64,000 bases of DNA from Candidatus Sumerlaeaceae bacterium (GTDB taxonomy: Bacteria; Sumerlaeota; Sumerlaeia; Sumerlaeales; Sumerlaeaceae), in contig JBPCLP010000008.1 of assembly GCA_051003195.1 (NCBI GenBank), positions 64,001 through 128,000 on the forward strand. The letters run 5' to 3'. The notes beneath the pieces were generated by a model. It made no database searches. It saw only the letters and a program-made list of their open reading frames with translations, and was not told the origin of the DNA. The stretch's first letter is position 1. The number at the start of each line of letters is the position of its first letter. Below, piece after piece: positions 20,039-28,489 of this stretch. Both the position numbers and the translations under genes were made by a program.

Positions 20039-20133
20039 GCCATGCGTTAAACCGCCACTGTCGCAGCCAAAGCGAGCGAAAACGCGAAAAGTTTAGCATT
20101 GCCTGCGCGTGCGCCGTTGGCCGAACTAGCAGG

Positions 20134-20919
20134 GTGTCGAGAGAGAATAACCGCGTATGGCAGCTCGATGCATATACCGTCGCCCTGGGCGAGAGCGCGC
20201 CCGACGGCCGAATCCTTGCCCGACAAATTGCCGGAATCGGCGCCCGTTTACTCGCCGGAACGATTGATTGCATTGTGCAGTCTATTTTTGCGACGCTGGC
20301 GGTAGCGGCTGTTTACTGGTCCCACCCCGAGTTCGTGCGTCCGCAGGAGCGAATGTGGCTTTTTATCGCCGCCGTGGTCGAGTGGCACGTCCTGTACTTT
20401 ATGCTCTTCGAAGCGTTCACGTCGGGCAGAACCCCGGGTAAAAGCATTGTGGGCCTCCAAGTCGTGGATGCGCGCACCGGCGGCCGGGCCAGCTCGCTCC
20501 AGTTGCTGGGGCGCAATCTGTTCCGAGCCATCGATCTGTTGCCTGTCCATTACCTCGCCGCAGCACTTAGCATGGCAATGGGACCGGCACGACAACGCCT
20601 CGGCGATCGCATCGGTTCCACGTGTGTGATTTATGTGCGAAGTCTGGTCGAGCAACTCCACGCCGCCAATGTCCCCGCGAGCAATTTTTCCACCTCAGAC
20701 GACGGCTACCTGCTGCAGGCCTTTGTTCAGCGATTGCCCGGCATCCACGAAAACATGCGCCCGTTCCTGGCCCGCGAGACGGCGCGCTATTTCCAGAAAA
20801 AATATCCTGCGGCCGAACCCGGCCTCGTAAGGCTTTACGAGGAAGAGCAATACGACCAGTATTTGCAACGCCTCTGCCGCGAAGAGACCGCCGCCGCCGC
20901 GCTCCACTTGGACGAATGA
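20134..20919 (+). CDS. RDD family membrane protein
   Basis: AGIGARLLAGTID, GRTPGK, RNLFRAID, QRLGDRIGSTCV. The GTG start at 20134 is inferred. Confidence 0.88.
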   Translation: MSRENNRVWQLDAYTVALGESAPDGRILARQIAGIGARLLAGTIDCIVQSIFATLAVAAVYWSHPEFVRPQERMWLFIAAVVEWHVLYFMLFEAFTSGRTPGKSIVGLQVVDARTGGRASSLQLLGRNLFRAIDLLPVHYLAAALSMAMGPARQRLGDRIGSTCVIYVRSLVEQLHAANVPASNFSTSDDGYLLQAFVQRLPGIHENMRPFLARETARYFQKKYPAAEPGLVRLYEEEQYDQYLQRLCREETAAAALHLDE

Positions 20920-20987
20920 GAATGACCCGGCACTCCAGAAATGAATACGGAACGTTTACGGCGCTAAGGTAACGCGCTCAACCGGAT

Positions 20988-21065
20988 CGGGGCGTAGCGT
21001 AGCCCGGTTATCGCGCCTGCCTTGGGAGCAGGAGGTCGCAGGTTCGAATCCTGCCGCCCCGACCA
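20988..21065 (+). tRNA. tRNA-Pro (TGG)
   Basis: CGGGGCG acceptor stem pairs with CGCCCCG, followed by ACCA. Anticodon arm CCTGC-CTTGGGA-GCAGG; T-loop GGTTCGAATCC. Confidence 0.97.
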
Positions 21066-21192
21066 GTAACAACTCCTTCCGAAATGCCAAAAAAGGCACA
21101 AAACGCACGAAATAGAACCACGCGAATACCTCTTTCGATAGTAAGGAGCTGATGTCCATCCGATCTCGCCCGAGCTGCTGCAACCGGAGGTT

Positions 21193-22605
21193 TTAATCCT
21201 TCGTGTGCAGGTAATGCATTCCCCAGCCGAGTTCCTCATTTCGGGTGCTACCGGTGCTGAAAATGCTGTCACCTCCGCCTAATGCATAGATTCTTTCGTT
21301 CACAACACAGGCTGCGAAGCTATGGCGAACCGTTGCAAGTGCCGCACCCTGGGTCCAGGTGTCGCTCGCTGGATCATAGACGTAGGTGTCCTGGGATATT
21401 TCGCCACCCGAACTGCCACCAAACGCATAGACTTTTCCACCCATGCCCACGACACCTAAGTTGTGCCTGGCAATCGGCATGGGGGACTTCGACGTCCACG
21501 TGTTGCTGCCGGGATCGTATTCCTCATTGGCTCCGGTATAAGTGGGCGACGCTCCAATCAACCCGCCGATGACGTAGATTTTTCCATTCACGGTGGCCGC
21601 GCCTGCTCCCTGCCGCACCGCCAGCATCGGTGCCAGCGGCGTCCAACTGTTGGACACAGGGCTATAGGCTTCCGTGCTGCCCAGCGAGTTAAGAGCGCTG
21701 TCACTACCGCCAAATACGTAGATCTTGCCGTCGGAAACAGCCGCTGCGGCGAAGCTCCTGCCGACCGACATTGCCTGGGCGGGCGCCCATGCGTTTGTGC
21801 CGGGGTTGTACACCTGGTTCGTAGCGACAGCGACACCGGCAGATCGCCCGCCAATGGCATATATCAGCCCATCCACCTGGGCACAACACAACCCCACACG
21901 GTTGTCTGGTGTGGCCAGCGAGCCCCAGCTGCTGGCAGCCGGGTTGAAGACGAGGTTATAGGGCGTGCTGCCGACGGCGCCAATGGCATACACTTTTCCA
22001 GCGGCCGATGCTGCCGCAAGTTGGGACATCGCAACCGGCATGGGAGGCCGCGTTTGCCAGCTGCCGAAAATGGCGCCGGTACGCGAAAAGCCGGCTGGCG
22101 CCGTCGCGGTGTTTCCCACGATCGCATAGCCGGCGGGAGTGCCATTCAGCGCGCTGTCTGCCACGTCGGAGTTGAGCGCCCGCACCGCAAACGGTACCGA
22201 CTCCAGGCGTGTGGGCGGCAGTACGACATTTTGGGGAAGGTTGGCGTCAACGGCGACCTGCAGAAACATGGGCTCGTTGGTTACAAAGGCGGCGTCAGTC
22301 AACGGGCCCCCGAACAGAACGGTGCCCGTGCCCACGGTATGGTTCACCACGCCATTACTCACGTTTAAAGCGGCTTGCTCGCCAAACACCTGGGTACCGG
22401 GCGATGGACCCACGCCCGCCGCACCGCGCCAGATGGAAAAGAAAAGCGTATGGGTGCTCTCCAGCGCACTGCCACCAGCACCCGTCAGCTTTGCCTGGTA
22501 ATTGATACGCACCGGCTGCGTTGCTGAAGCGCTGACGCAAAACATTATGAAACACGCTGCGAGACATTGTACCGACGCTCGGCCGCCATTTCCGTGAATT
22601 CCCAT
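21193..22605 (-). CDS. Exported Kelch-repeat beta-propeller protein with N-terminal INYQ...SVPFA module
   Basis: Signal peptide and six Kelch repeats (GKIYVFGG...W...M..R). Confidence 0.9.
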   Translation of the reverse strand: MGIHGNGGRASVQCLAACFIMFCVSASATQPVRINYQAKLTGAGGSALESTHTLFFSIWRGAAGVGPSPGTQVFGEQAALNVSNGVVNHTVGTGTVLFGGPLTDAAFVTNEPMFLQVAVDANLPQNVVLPPTRLESVPFAVRALNSDVADSALNGTPAGYAIVGNTATAPAGFSRTGAIFGSWQTRPPMPVAMSQLAAASAAGKVYAIGAVGSTPYNLVFNPAASSWGSLATPDNRVGLCCAQVDGLIYAIGGRSAGVAVATNQVYNPGTNAWAPAQAMSVGRSFAAAAVSDGKIYVFGGSDSALNSLGSTEAYSPVSNSWTPLAPMLAVRQGAGAATVNGKIYVIGGLIGASPTYTGANEEYDPGSNTWTSKSPMPIARHNLGVVGMGGKVYAFGGSSGGEISQDTYVYDPASDTWTQGAALATVRHSFAACVVNERIYALGGGDSIFSTGSTRNEELGWGMHYLHTKD

Positions 22606-22622
22606 GAATCGCCCCCGGCTCT

Positions 22623-22643
22623 GATTTTAAAAATTATAAAATC
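22623..22643. promoter_or_regulatory. AT-rich palindrome, candidate operator of the Kelch gene
   Basis: GATTTTA-N7-TAAAATC, 18 bp upstream of the ATG. Confidence 0.4.
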
Positions 22644-22815
22644 GGCGGCATTCCAGTGTCAATCACGCAGAGGCGCGATCATGGGGCAGCGTCGAGCTAG
22701 GTTAAGATCGGGCGACAAATACCTGCTGGCATCAGGATCCTGGACTGGATTCTTCTCCATGTAGATCCCCTCGAAGTCCGGGGGGTAGAGGTGTCAGGGA
22801 AAAAGCTGGCATGCT

Positions 22816-22955
22816 GAAAGCGGTACTAAAGTACGCGCATTCGCCCACAGCCGATGTTCAGGCCAAATCTCCGCACCAGCTGTAAGCCCTCCCCGGATTG
22901 TAAACAAACCATAGCGCGCAGCGCTTTGGAGTGCGCGTACTTCAGTACCGCTTTC
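22816..22955. repeat. Inverted REP pair (REPIN-like)
   Basis: GAAAGCGGTACTAAAGTACGCGCATTC (22816-22842) matches the reverse complement of GAGTGCGCGTACTTCAGTACCGCTTTC (22929-22955) at 25/27. Each arm carries an internal GTAC-N-GTAC hairpin. Confidence 0.8.
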
Positions 22956-22957
22956 CA

Positions 22958-23101
22958 CTAATCTTCAGATAAACGTCCATGCCGTCGCTGCAGACGGAGA
23001 GCATATACCGCATCCCCGGAAACAAACCCGGTGCCCTGATTGTCGCGGTGAAGAACATGGTGCGGACAACCGGCGATGACCACCCTTGCTCGACGTTCCA
23101 T
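22958..23101 (-). pseudogene. N-terminal fragment of a REP-associated tyrosine transposase (RAYT, IS200-like)
   Basis: Hand translation MERRARVVIAGCPHHVLHRDNQG..., stopping after 47 aa, resembles the RAYT start M.R.AR....G.PHHV..RGN. It abuts the REP pair. Confidence 0.65.
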
Positions 23102-23652
23102 GGTATGGGACTTCATTTTCGTTGTCATGGACTAATGAAGTTCTGGGCACGACCCATGACACGTCGTTATAGACCGGGACCAGGCCCATACGGTGCAGCG
23201 CATGAGCGAGCATGGCAGTAGCCTTCGAGGACGGCGAGGGGAGCTTCGCGCTCGGCGCCGTAGAAGAAGGTTCGGGCGCGGCTTACCGCCGGGACTGATG
23301 AGTTGCCAAATCCTTGCAGATACTCATGCCCTGCCTGCTCACCAGCTATTTTATACAGAGCGTCGAGCATCTGGTGATAGCGTCTGTGGCCGACAAACTG
23401 AAATGGGTAGCGAAGTTGCTGTGTCGGGCCAGGATTAGGTTTTGAGGTGACAGGTTATGCATTGATTCCAGCTGCATGCATCCTGTAGCTAATTTGGTGT
23501 GGCTGGATAGGCAAGAGTTGTTGTTCCGGGTTACCCGTACATCGTCCTCTGATCGTGCCCACTTATTCTGACCGCCGAATCGCTCCGCTTTAGGCAAAGC
23601 CAAAGCAAGCTTTCGCACCAAAGCGGCTACGCCGCCGGGGTTGTTCGGACGG

Positions 23653-23760
23653 GGTGCAGGGTTCACGTCCCGGGTTCAGGGTTCGCGGTTCACAGTTAGG
23701 ATTGAGGGTGCAGGATGTGGGGTCGGGGTTCAGGACTCGGGTTCGAACCAGGGCTCACGG
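23653..23760. repeat. Degenerate 6-7-bp periodic repeat (GGTTCA[G/C]-like)
   Basis: GGTGCAG GGTTCAC ... GGTTCAG GGTTCGC GGTTCAC ... GGTGCAG ... GGTTCAG ... GGTTCGA ... GGCTCAC. Confidence 0.7.
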
Positions 23761-23796
23761 TGACCATAATCTAATCGACAATGGGATCATTCCGAT

Positions 23797-25584
23797 TTGA
23801 ATCATCGCATGTTCTTACAGCAAAGACTCCCGTACCTCGTCATTGGCATGGTCGCCCTATGCGCGATCGCGCAGGCGGAGTGGCGCAATGCACTTGTGTC
23901 GCTGGCCGAGCCGTCAGACCCGGTCACCCTGGTCAGCCGCGCAAAACCTGCCGGGCATATTCAGTTGCCGCCCCGGCCCACGCCGCAGGAACGAAAAGCC
24001 GCTGCCGATCTCCAGCATTGGATCGCGCAGATTACCAGTGCTACGCTGCCCATTAAGAAATCCGCTCGCGGTGCGGTTGTCAGCATCCGCACCGATGACG
24101 CATGTAACGACGAAGAATACCGGATCCAGGTGGATGGCCGTCGCATCCTGTTATACGGCGGACGCACGCGCGGTGTTGTAAACGCGGTGTACGCGTTGCT
24201 GGAAGAAGACATGGGGTGCCGCTTCTACACGAATGAGTCCATCCGTTTGCCTACCACCAGTACCCTGGTTGCCAGGCCGGTTCCGCGGCGGTATGGTCCG
24301 CGCCTTAAATTGCGCGATCCGTTTTACTATTGTGCGTTCGATCCTGTGTGGTCGCTGCGCAACCGCACCAACGCACCCGATGCGAAGGTACCGGAGGCGC
24401 ACGGCGGGCACGTGGACTATGACAACATGTTCGTCCACACAATGGACAAGCTCGTCTCGGCAACGGTCTATTTCAAGAAGCACCCCGAATACTTTGCGCT
24501 TCAGCCGGACGGATCGCGCAATCCCATTGCCCTGTGCGCCACCGAGCCGAAAGTTGCGAAGATCGCGATCAAAGCGGTGCGCGACATTCTTCGCCGCAAC
24601 CCCAATACCGAAATCATCAGCGTCTCGAAGAACGACACCACGGTCGTCTGCCATTGCGAGCGCTGCAAAAAGCTACGCGATGCCGAAGGTTCGGACATCG
24701 CTAATCAACTGGTGCTGGTGAACAAAATCGCGGACGCCATCGCCGCCGATTATCCGCGGGTTACCATCGACACGCTTGCGTACCTTGAAACCATCCAGGT
24801 CCCGAAAACGGTGCGCCCGCGAAAGAATGTGGCCATCCGCCTGTGTAACGATGCGGTCGGTGCCTGGACTTACCCTTTCCGACCCGCCGAGCAGTGCGAC
24901 ATCGCGAAGCTCGCATCTGCCTGGGCAGCGGTGCACCATCGCATCTACATCTGGGACTATAACGTTAACTTCAGTCATTACCTTGCGCCGATGCCCAACC
25001 TCGATATCATGGCGGCAAACATACGCTTCTGGATCCGCAACAACGCCGAAGGCGTGATGTTGCAGGGAGGCTACCAGGGCGCTGCCGAGCAGGATCACAT
25101 GAAGTGCTGGGTGACTGCCAAACTCATGTGGGACGCTTCATGGGATGAGAAGGAACTTGTGCACGATTTCATCTGGGGACACTACGCCAGCGCTGCACCG
25201 GCAATGCAGGAATACGATGACCTGCTGCAGCAGATGCGCGTGGAACATAAGCCGACGATGGACAAGCCCGCGCAGGGAATCCGGTATCCGATGGACGCGC
25301 CGTTCATCACGCGCGATTTCATCACCAGCGCATCGGCGTTGTTCTCACGGGCCAGGGAACTGGCTGGCGGTGACACGGCGTTGCTGCAACGTATCGAGCG
25401 CGCCGAACTTCCGATTCTCTACGTCCAGTGTGAGCGTGGAGCGGAGTTTACAGGACCGGAATACGCGGCTGTGGTCGATCGGTTCGCACTCGTGGCCCGG
25501 CGCGAAAAAGTAAACACGACCCGCGAAGGACCTACAGACCTTGATGCGAAGATCGCCGGATACCACGCCAAAGTCAGGAAGTAG
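23797..25584 (+). CDS. Exported DUF4838-like putative glycoside hydrolase
   Basis: Signal peptide; RGVVNAVYALLEEDMGCRFY, FVHT, HPEYFAL, SKND...CHCERC, TLAY, IYIWDY, AKLMWD. Confidence 0.85.
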   Translation: MNHRMFLQQRLPYLVIGMVALCAIAQAEWRNALVSLAEPSDPVTLVSRAKPAGHIQLPPRPTPQERKAAADLQHWIAQITSATLPIKKSARGAVVSIRTDDACNDEEYRIQVDGRRILLYGGRTRGVVNAVYALLEEDMGCRFYTNESIRLPTTSTLVARPVPRRYGPRLKLRDPFYYCAFDPVWSLRNRTNAPDAKVPEAHGGHVDYDNMFVHTMDKLVSATVYFKKHPEYFALQPDGSRNPIALCATEPKVAKIAIKAVRDILRRNPNTEIISVSKNDTTVVCHCERCKKLRDAEGSDIANQLVLVNKIADAIAADYPRVTIDTLAYLETIQVPKTVRPRKNVAIRLCNDAVGAWTYPFRPAEQCDIAKLASAWAAVHHRIYIWDYNVNFSHYLAPMPNLDIMAANIRFWIRNNAEGVMLQGGYQGAAEQDHMKCWVTAKLMWDASWDEKELVHDFIWGHYASAAPAMQEYDDLLQQMRVEHKPTMDKPAQGIRYPMDAPFITRDFITSASALFSRARELAGGDTALLQRIERAELPILYVQCERGAEFTGPEYAAVVDRFALVARREKVNTTREGPTDLDAKIAGYHAKVRK

Positions 25585-25599
25585 ATGAGCGTGCCTCCT

Positions 25600-25628
25600 T
25601 AATCAAAACTAATCAAAACTAATCAAAC
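25600..25628. repeat. Direct tandem repeat TAATCAAAAC, about three copies
   Basis: taatcaaaac taatcaaaac taatcaaac immediately after the DUF4838 stop. Confidence 0.85.
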
Positions 25629-25844
25629 ATTGGCGTCGCTCGTTGGCATTTCACGCTTTAAATCAAACAGGCCGATGGGGTAATTTCGCCCTTTGATTTC
25701 CGTAATGTTCAGATCATGTCGCCTCCAGTTCTTCTTTTGTTTTTTCGTCGGAGGCGTGTGAGGCGAGTGCGGATTGCGGAGTACAAGCCGGACTCGGAAT
25801 CGTCGGCGGTAAGGCACGGCGGGTTGCGTTGTCAGCGTCATCAT
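25623..25844 (-). CDS. Small basic ORF (73 aa), possibly a remnant
   Basis: Strong RBS AAGGAG 6 nt before the ATG, directly downstream of inverted-repeat copy A; no recognisable domain. Confidence 0.35.
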   Translation of the reverse strand: MMTLTTQPAVPYRRRFRVRLVLRNPHSPHTPPTKKQKKNWRRHDLNITEIKGRNYPIGLFDLKREMPTSDANV

Positions 25845-25858
25845 AATGTCTCCTTGGT

Positions 25859-25915
25859 GCTTTCAAGTTCAAGTTGGTAATTTCGCCACTTGAATAGCGG
25901 TAATCTTTCTGTAAG
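25859..25915 (-). repeat. Inverted repeat, pair 1, copy A
   Basis: Reverse complement of 28349-28405 at 51/57, including a 36-bp identical core TTCAAGTGGCGAAATTACCAACTTGAACTTGAAAGC. Confidence 0.95.
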
Positions 25916-26024
25916 GTTTGCTCGTGCCGGCCCAACTCCGCCGCTTCAGTTTCATCAGCAAACCAACAGCCTCCGCGAAACCTTCATGGCTGTTGCCTTC
26001 GGTTATTTGCTGGAACCCGTCAAC

Positions 26025-26047
26025 CGCAGGCGAGACGCCTGCGCCAC
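26025..26047 (-). repeat. REP-like hairpin (GTGG-led family)
   Basis: Minus strand GTGG-CGCAGGCG-TCT-CGCCTGCG; a truncated relative GTAGCACAGGC lies at 26101. Confidence 0.6.
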
Positions 26048-26293
26048 GAGGGTCGGCGGGGTCGGGGAATTGCGTTTGTTTTATCATTATGAGGACCTGT
26101 GTAGCACAGGCTTTTGGCTAATACAATTCCCGCACGACCCCTTAGAGACCCTTCGGGCACCTAAAAGTGCACAGGTTTCGGCTACAGTCGCCCGGCAGCC
26201 GCGGCCATGAAAAGAATCTGATCGGGAGCTGACCCAAAATCTTCCGCTGTTTCCCGGCTGTGTATTAACAAATTAACACATGGCCTGTCCCCT

Positions 26294-26520
26294 TGTTTCT
26301 ACCTCGCCGCGGCAGTCATGAACCTCAAGCGCCTGGCGGCGCTGATCACCGCGCCTGGGGTGCCCAAAAAGCTGCACCAAGCCGCGTTTCCGCTCCTTCA
26401 GCGCCTGTTAAGCATATCATTGGAGCCCGATGTGAGTTCTTCGAAACGAAGCCACTTCGGCCTTTGCTTCAGATGAACAAGGAACCGGGCCGTATGGGAA
26501 AGGGGTTCTTCAACAGCCCC
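26294..26520 (+). mobile_element. 3' remnant of an IS1182/IS5-like element (transposase C-terminus plus right end)
   Basis: The frame from 26294 reads CFYLAAAVMNLKRLAAL..., stop at 26476, followed by the IS-end-like GGGGTTCTTCAACAGCCCC (26502-26520). Confidence 0.65.
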
Positions 26521-26700
26521 ACCGTCCCCGAATTAGCTCAATTAAACATGCCATTGGCCGGGAAGTTGCACTATATAATATATATATTCTAGAGTCTACC
26601 GGTCCTTATTGATTAGTCATTGGACACCCGGAGGCGACTGGTAAACTAAACCCACCGACCAGGTAAGGCGTACCGCGACGGGGTAATTGAGGAACGAATT

Positions 26701-28191
26701 ATGAGACGCTATTTTGCACAGGCCTTTAAAATGGCTCCAATAAACCCCCGAATGATGGCGCTTCGGGCATTGGAGCGCATGCTGCTCAGCGTGCTTGTGG
26801 TACTTTGCACCAACCTTGCCATGGCTGCTTCATCGGGCTCGGTAGGGTATCTTGCCGACCAGCAGGTTGATGGCGTCGATGAGCTGTGGAGGGTAGACGC
26901 AAAGACTGGACTCCTGAGCAAGGTGAACGCGCCCCTGGTCGCTGGGGGGGATGTTCTTACCGGTTTGATCAGCCGTAAGGGTTCGGCCATCCTCTATCGT
27001 GCGGACCAGGATGTGAACGACATTTACGAGCTCTACTACAAAGACCTGAAGACGGGCACTGTAAGCAAACTAAACCCGACGCTGGTGCCCGATGGAGATG
27101 TGGATTCTGGTTTCCAGATGGACTCAAAGGCTGCGAGCGTAGTCTACCGGGCAGACCAGGACGAGACCAGCGTCAGCGAGCTTTACCGGGTGGACCTGAA
27201 GACGCGTGTCGTCACTCAATTGAATCCCCCCCTGGCAGTAGGCAGGGATGTCTCTGATGGTTTTCAGGTTGATCCAAAGGGCACAAGCGTGGCGTACCGG
27301 GCCGATCAGGACACGGACGATGTGAAGGAACTCTATCGCGTCGTCTTGAAAACTGGCGTGGTGACCAAGCTCAATCCACCTCTTGTATCAGGTGGTAACG
27401 TGCGAAATCTGCTGTTCGACTCAAAGGGTGCGAGCATAGTGTACAGGGCCGACCAGGATGTGGACGGTGTCTCGGAACTTTACCGAGTAGACCTGAAGAC
27501 ACTTATCGTCAGGAAACTGAATTCGCCGCTGGTCGCCGGTGGAAACGTCTCGGCTGATTTCCAGATTGATCCAAAAGGTGCAAGCGTGGTGTACAGGGCC
27601 GACCAGGATGTAGACGAAGTCTTTGAACTTTATCGGTCCGACCTGAAGACCGGTGTCATCACAAAAGTGAACCCGCCGCTAATTTCAGGTGGTGACGTCC
27701 GGAGTTTCGCCATCGATCCCAAGGGGACAAGTGTCGTGTACAGGGCCGACCAAAGGTTCGCTGGCGTCATCGAAGTCTTCCGGTTGGACCTGAAGACCGG
27801 TCTTGTTGTCAGATTGAGCGAACCAATGCCTCCCGGCGGCGACGTGGTGAGCTTTCAGATCGACTCGAAGGGTGCGAGTGTAGTTTACGTAGCCGACCAG
27901 GACTCGGATGACAGGAATGAACTTTACCGCGCTGACCTGAAAACTGGTCTGGTAACCGAGCTGAATGCACAGTTGGTAACAGGCGGAAATGTCGTGGATT
28001 TCCAGATAGATCCAGGTGGAGCGAGCATCGTGTACAGGGCCGACCAGGACGTGAACGAAGTTTTCGAACTTTACCGCGTGGACATAAAAACGCGACTGGT
28101 GATGAAGCTGAATCAGCCCCTTGTGTTGAACGGTGATGTGCTGGCTTTCGGGGTCCAGGGACCGCCGATCCTCATTGAGGAAGTGCCGTGA
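26701..28191 (+). CDS. Exported nine-repeat beta-propeller-like protein
   Basis: Signal peptide, then nine ~49-50-aa repeats VVYRADQDxDxVxELYRVDLKTGxVTKLNPPLVxGGDVxxFQIDPKGAS. Confidence 0.9.
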   Translation: MRRYFAQAFKMAPINPRMMALRALERMLLSVLVVLCTNLAMAASSGSVGYLADQQVDGVDELWRVDAKTGLLSKVNAPLVAGGDVLTGLISRKGSAILYRADQDVNDIYELYYKDLKTGTVSKLNPTLVPDGDVDSGFQMDSKAASVVYRADQDETSVSELYRVDLKTRVVTQLNPPLAVGRDVSDGFQVDPKGTSVAYRADQDTDDVKELYRVVLKTGVVTKLNPPLVSGGNVRNLLFDSKGASIVYRADQDVDGVSELYRVDLKTLIVRKLNSPLVAGGNVSADFQIDPKGASVVYRADQDVDEVFELYRSDLKTGVITKVNPPLISGGDVRSFAIDPKGTSVVYRADQRFAGVIEVFRLDLKTGLVVRLSEPMPPGGDVVSFQIDSKGASVVYVADQDSDDRNELYRADLKTGLVTELNAQLVTGGNVVDFQIDPGGASIVYRADQDVNEVFELYRVDIKTRLVMKLNQPLVLNGDVLAFGVQGPPILIEEVP

Positions 28192-28348
28192 GGAACAACT
28201 TTTATCGGCCGCTCTTTCACTAAAGCGCAAGTAGAGCAGGGGCGGAAACAAAAAGCCGTTTCCCCCCTGCTTATCACGTCTTTGCGCCTGGCGGACAAAC
28301 CGCCCATCCGGCAAGCTCCACCGCCGGGGCGACTCGGCCCATTGAATT

Positions 28349-28405
28349 CTTACGCGAGGATTACCGTTTTTCAAGTGGCGAAATTACCAACTTGAACTTG
28401 AAAGC
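28349..28405 (+). repeat. Inverted repeat, pair 1, copy B
   Basis: CTTACGCGAGGATTACCGTTTTTCAAGTGGCGAAATTACCAACTTGAACTTGAAAGC; partner of 25859-25915. Confidence 0.95.
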
Positions 28406-28489
28406 CTCCAACCGCAGTCGTGAGCTGCTCGCCAGCGTGCGCGTCTTTTCTTTTGCGTGGGGCGACCGGGCGCGGCAACTGGTTGCGCT

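Noticed and set aside
21040..21065. tRNA-Pro 3' end as an att site of a prophage or ICE
   Set aside because: I found no second copy and no integrase in the window.
21463..22368. Long alternative ORFs (also 6480-7439, 28499-29476, 53487-54377, 60369-61172)
   Set aside because: They are antisense shadows of well-supported genes in GC-rich DNA and show no domain motifs.
23102..23440. Short overlapping minus-strand ORFs as genes
   Set aside because: They are fragmentary and frameshifted with no recognisable family. Possibly pseudogene debris, but it cannot be assigned.
26600..26700. Riboswitch in the propeller gene leader
   Set aside because: I could not match the c-di-GMP or any other aptamer consensus.
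25859..28405. The 36-bp repeat ending in TTGAAAGC as a CRISPR repeat
   Set aside because: Only two full copies, inverted and 2.4 kb apart, with no spacers and no cas genes.
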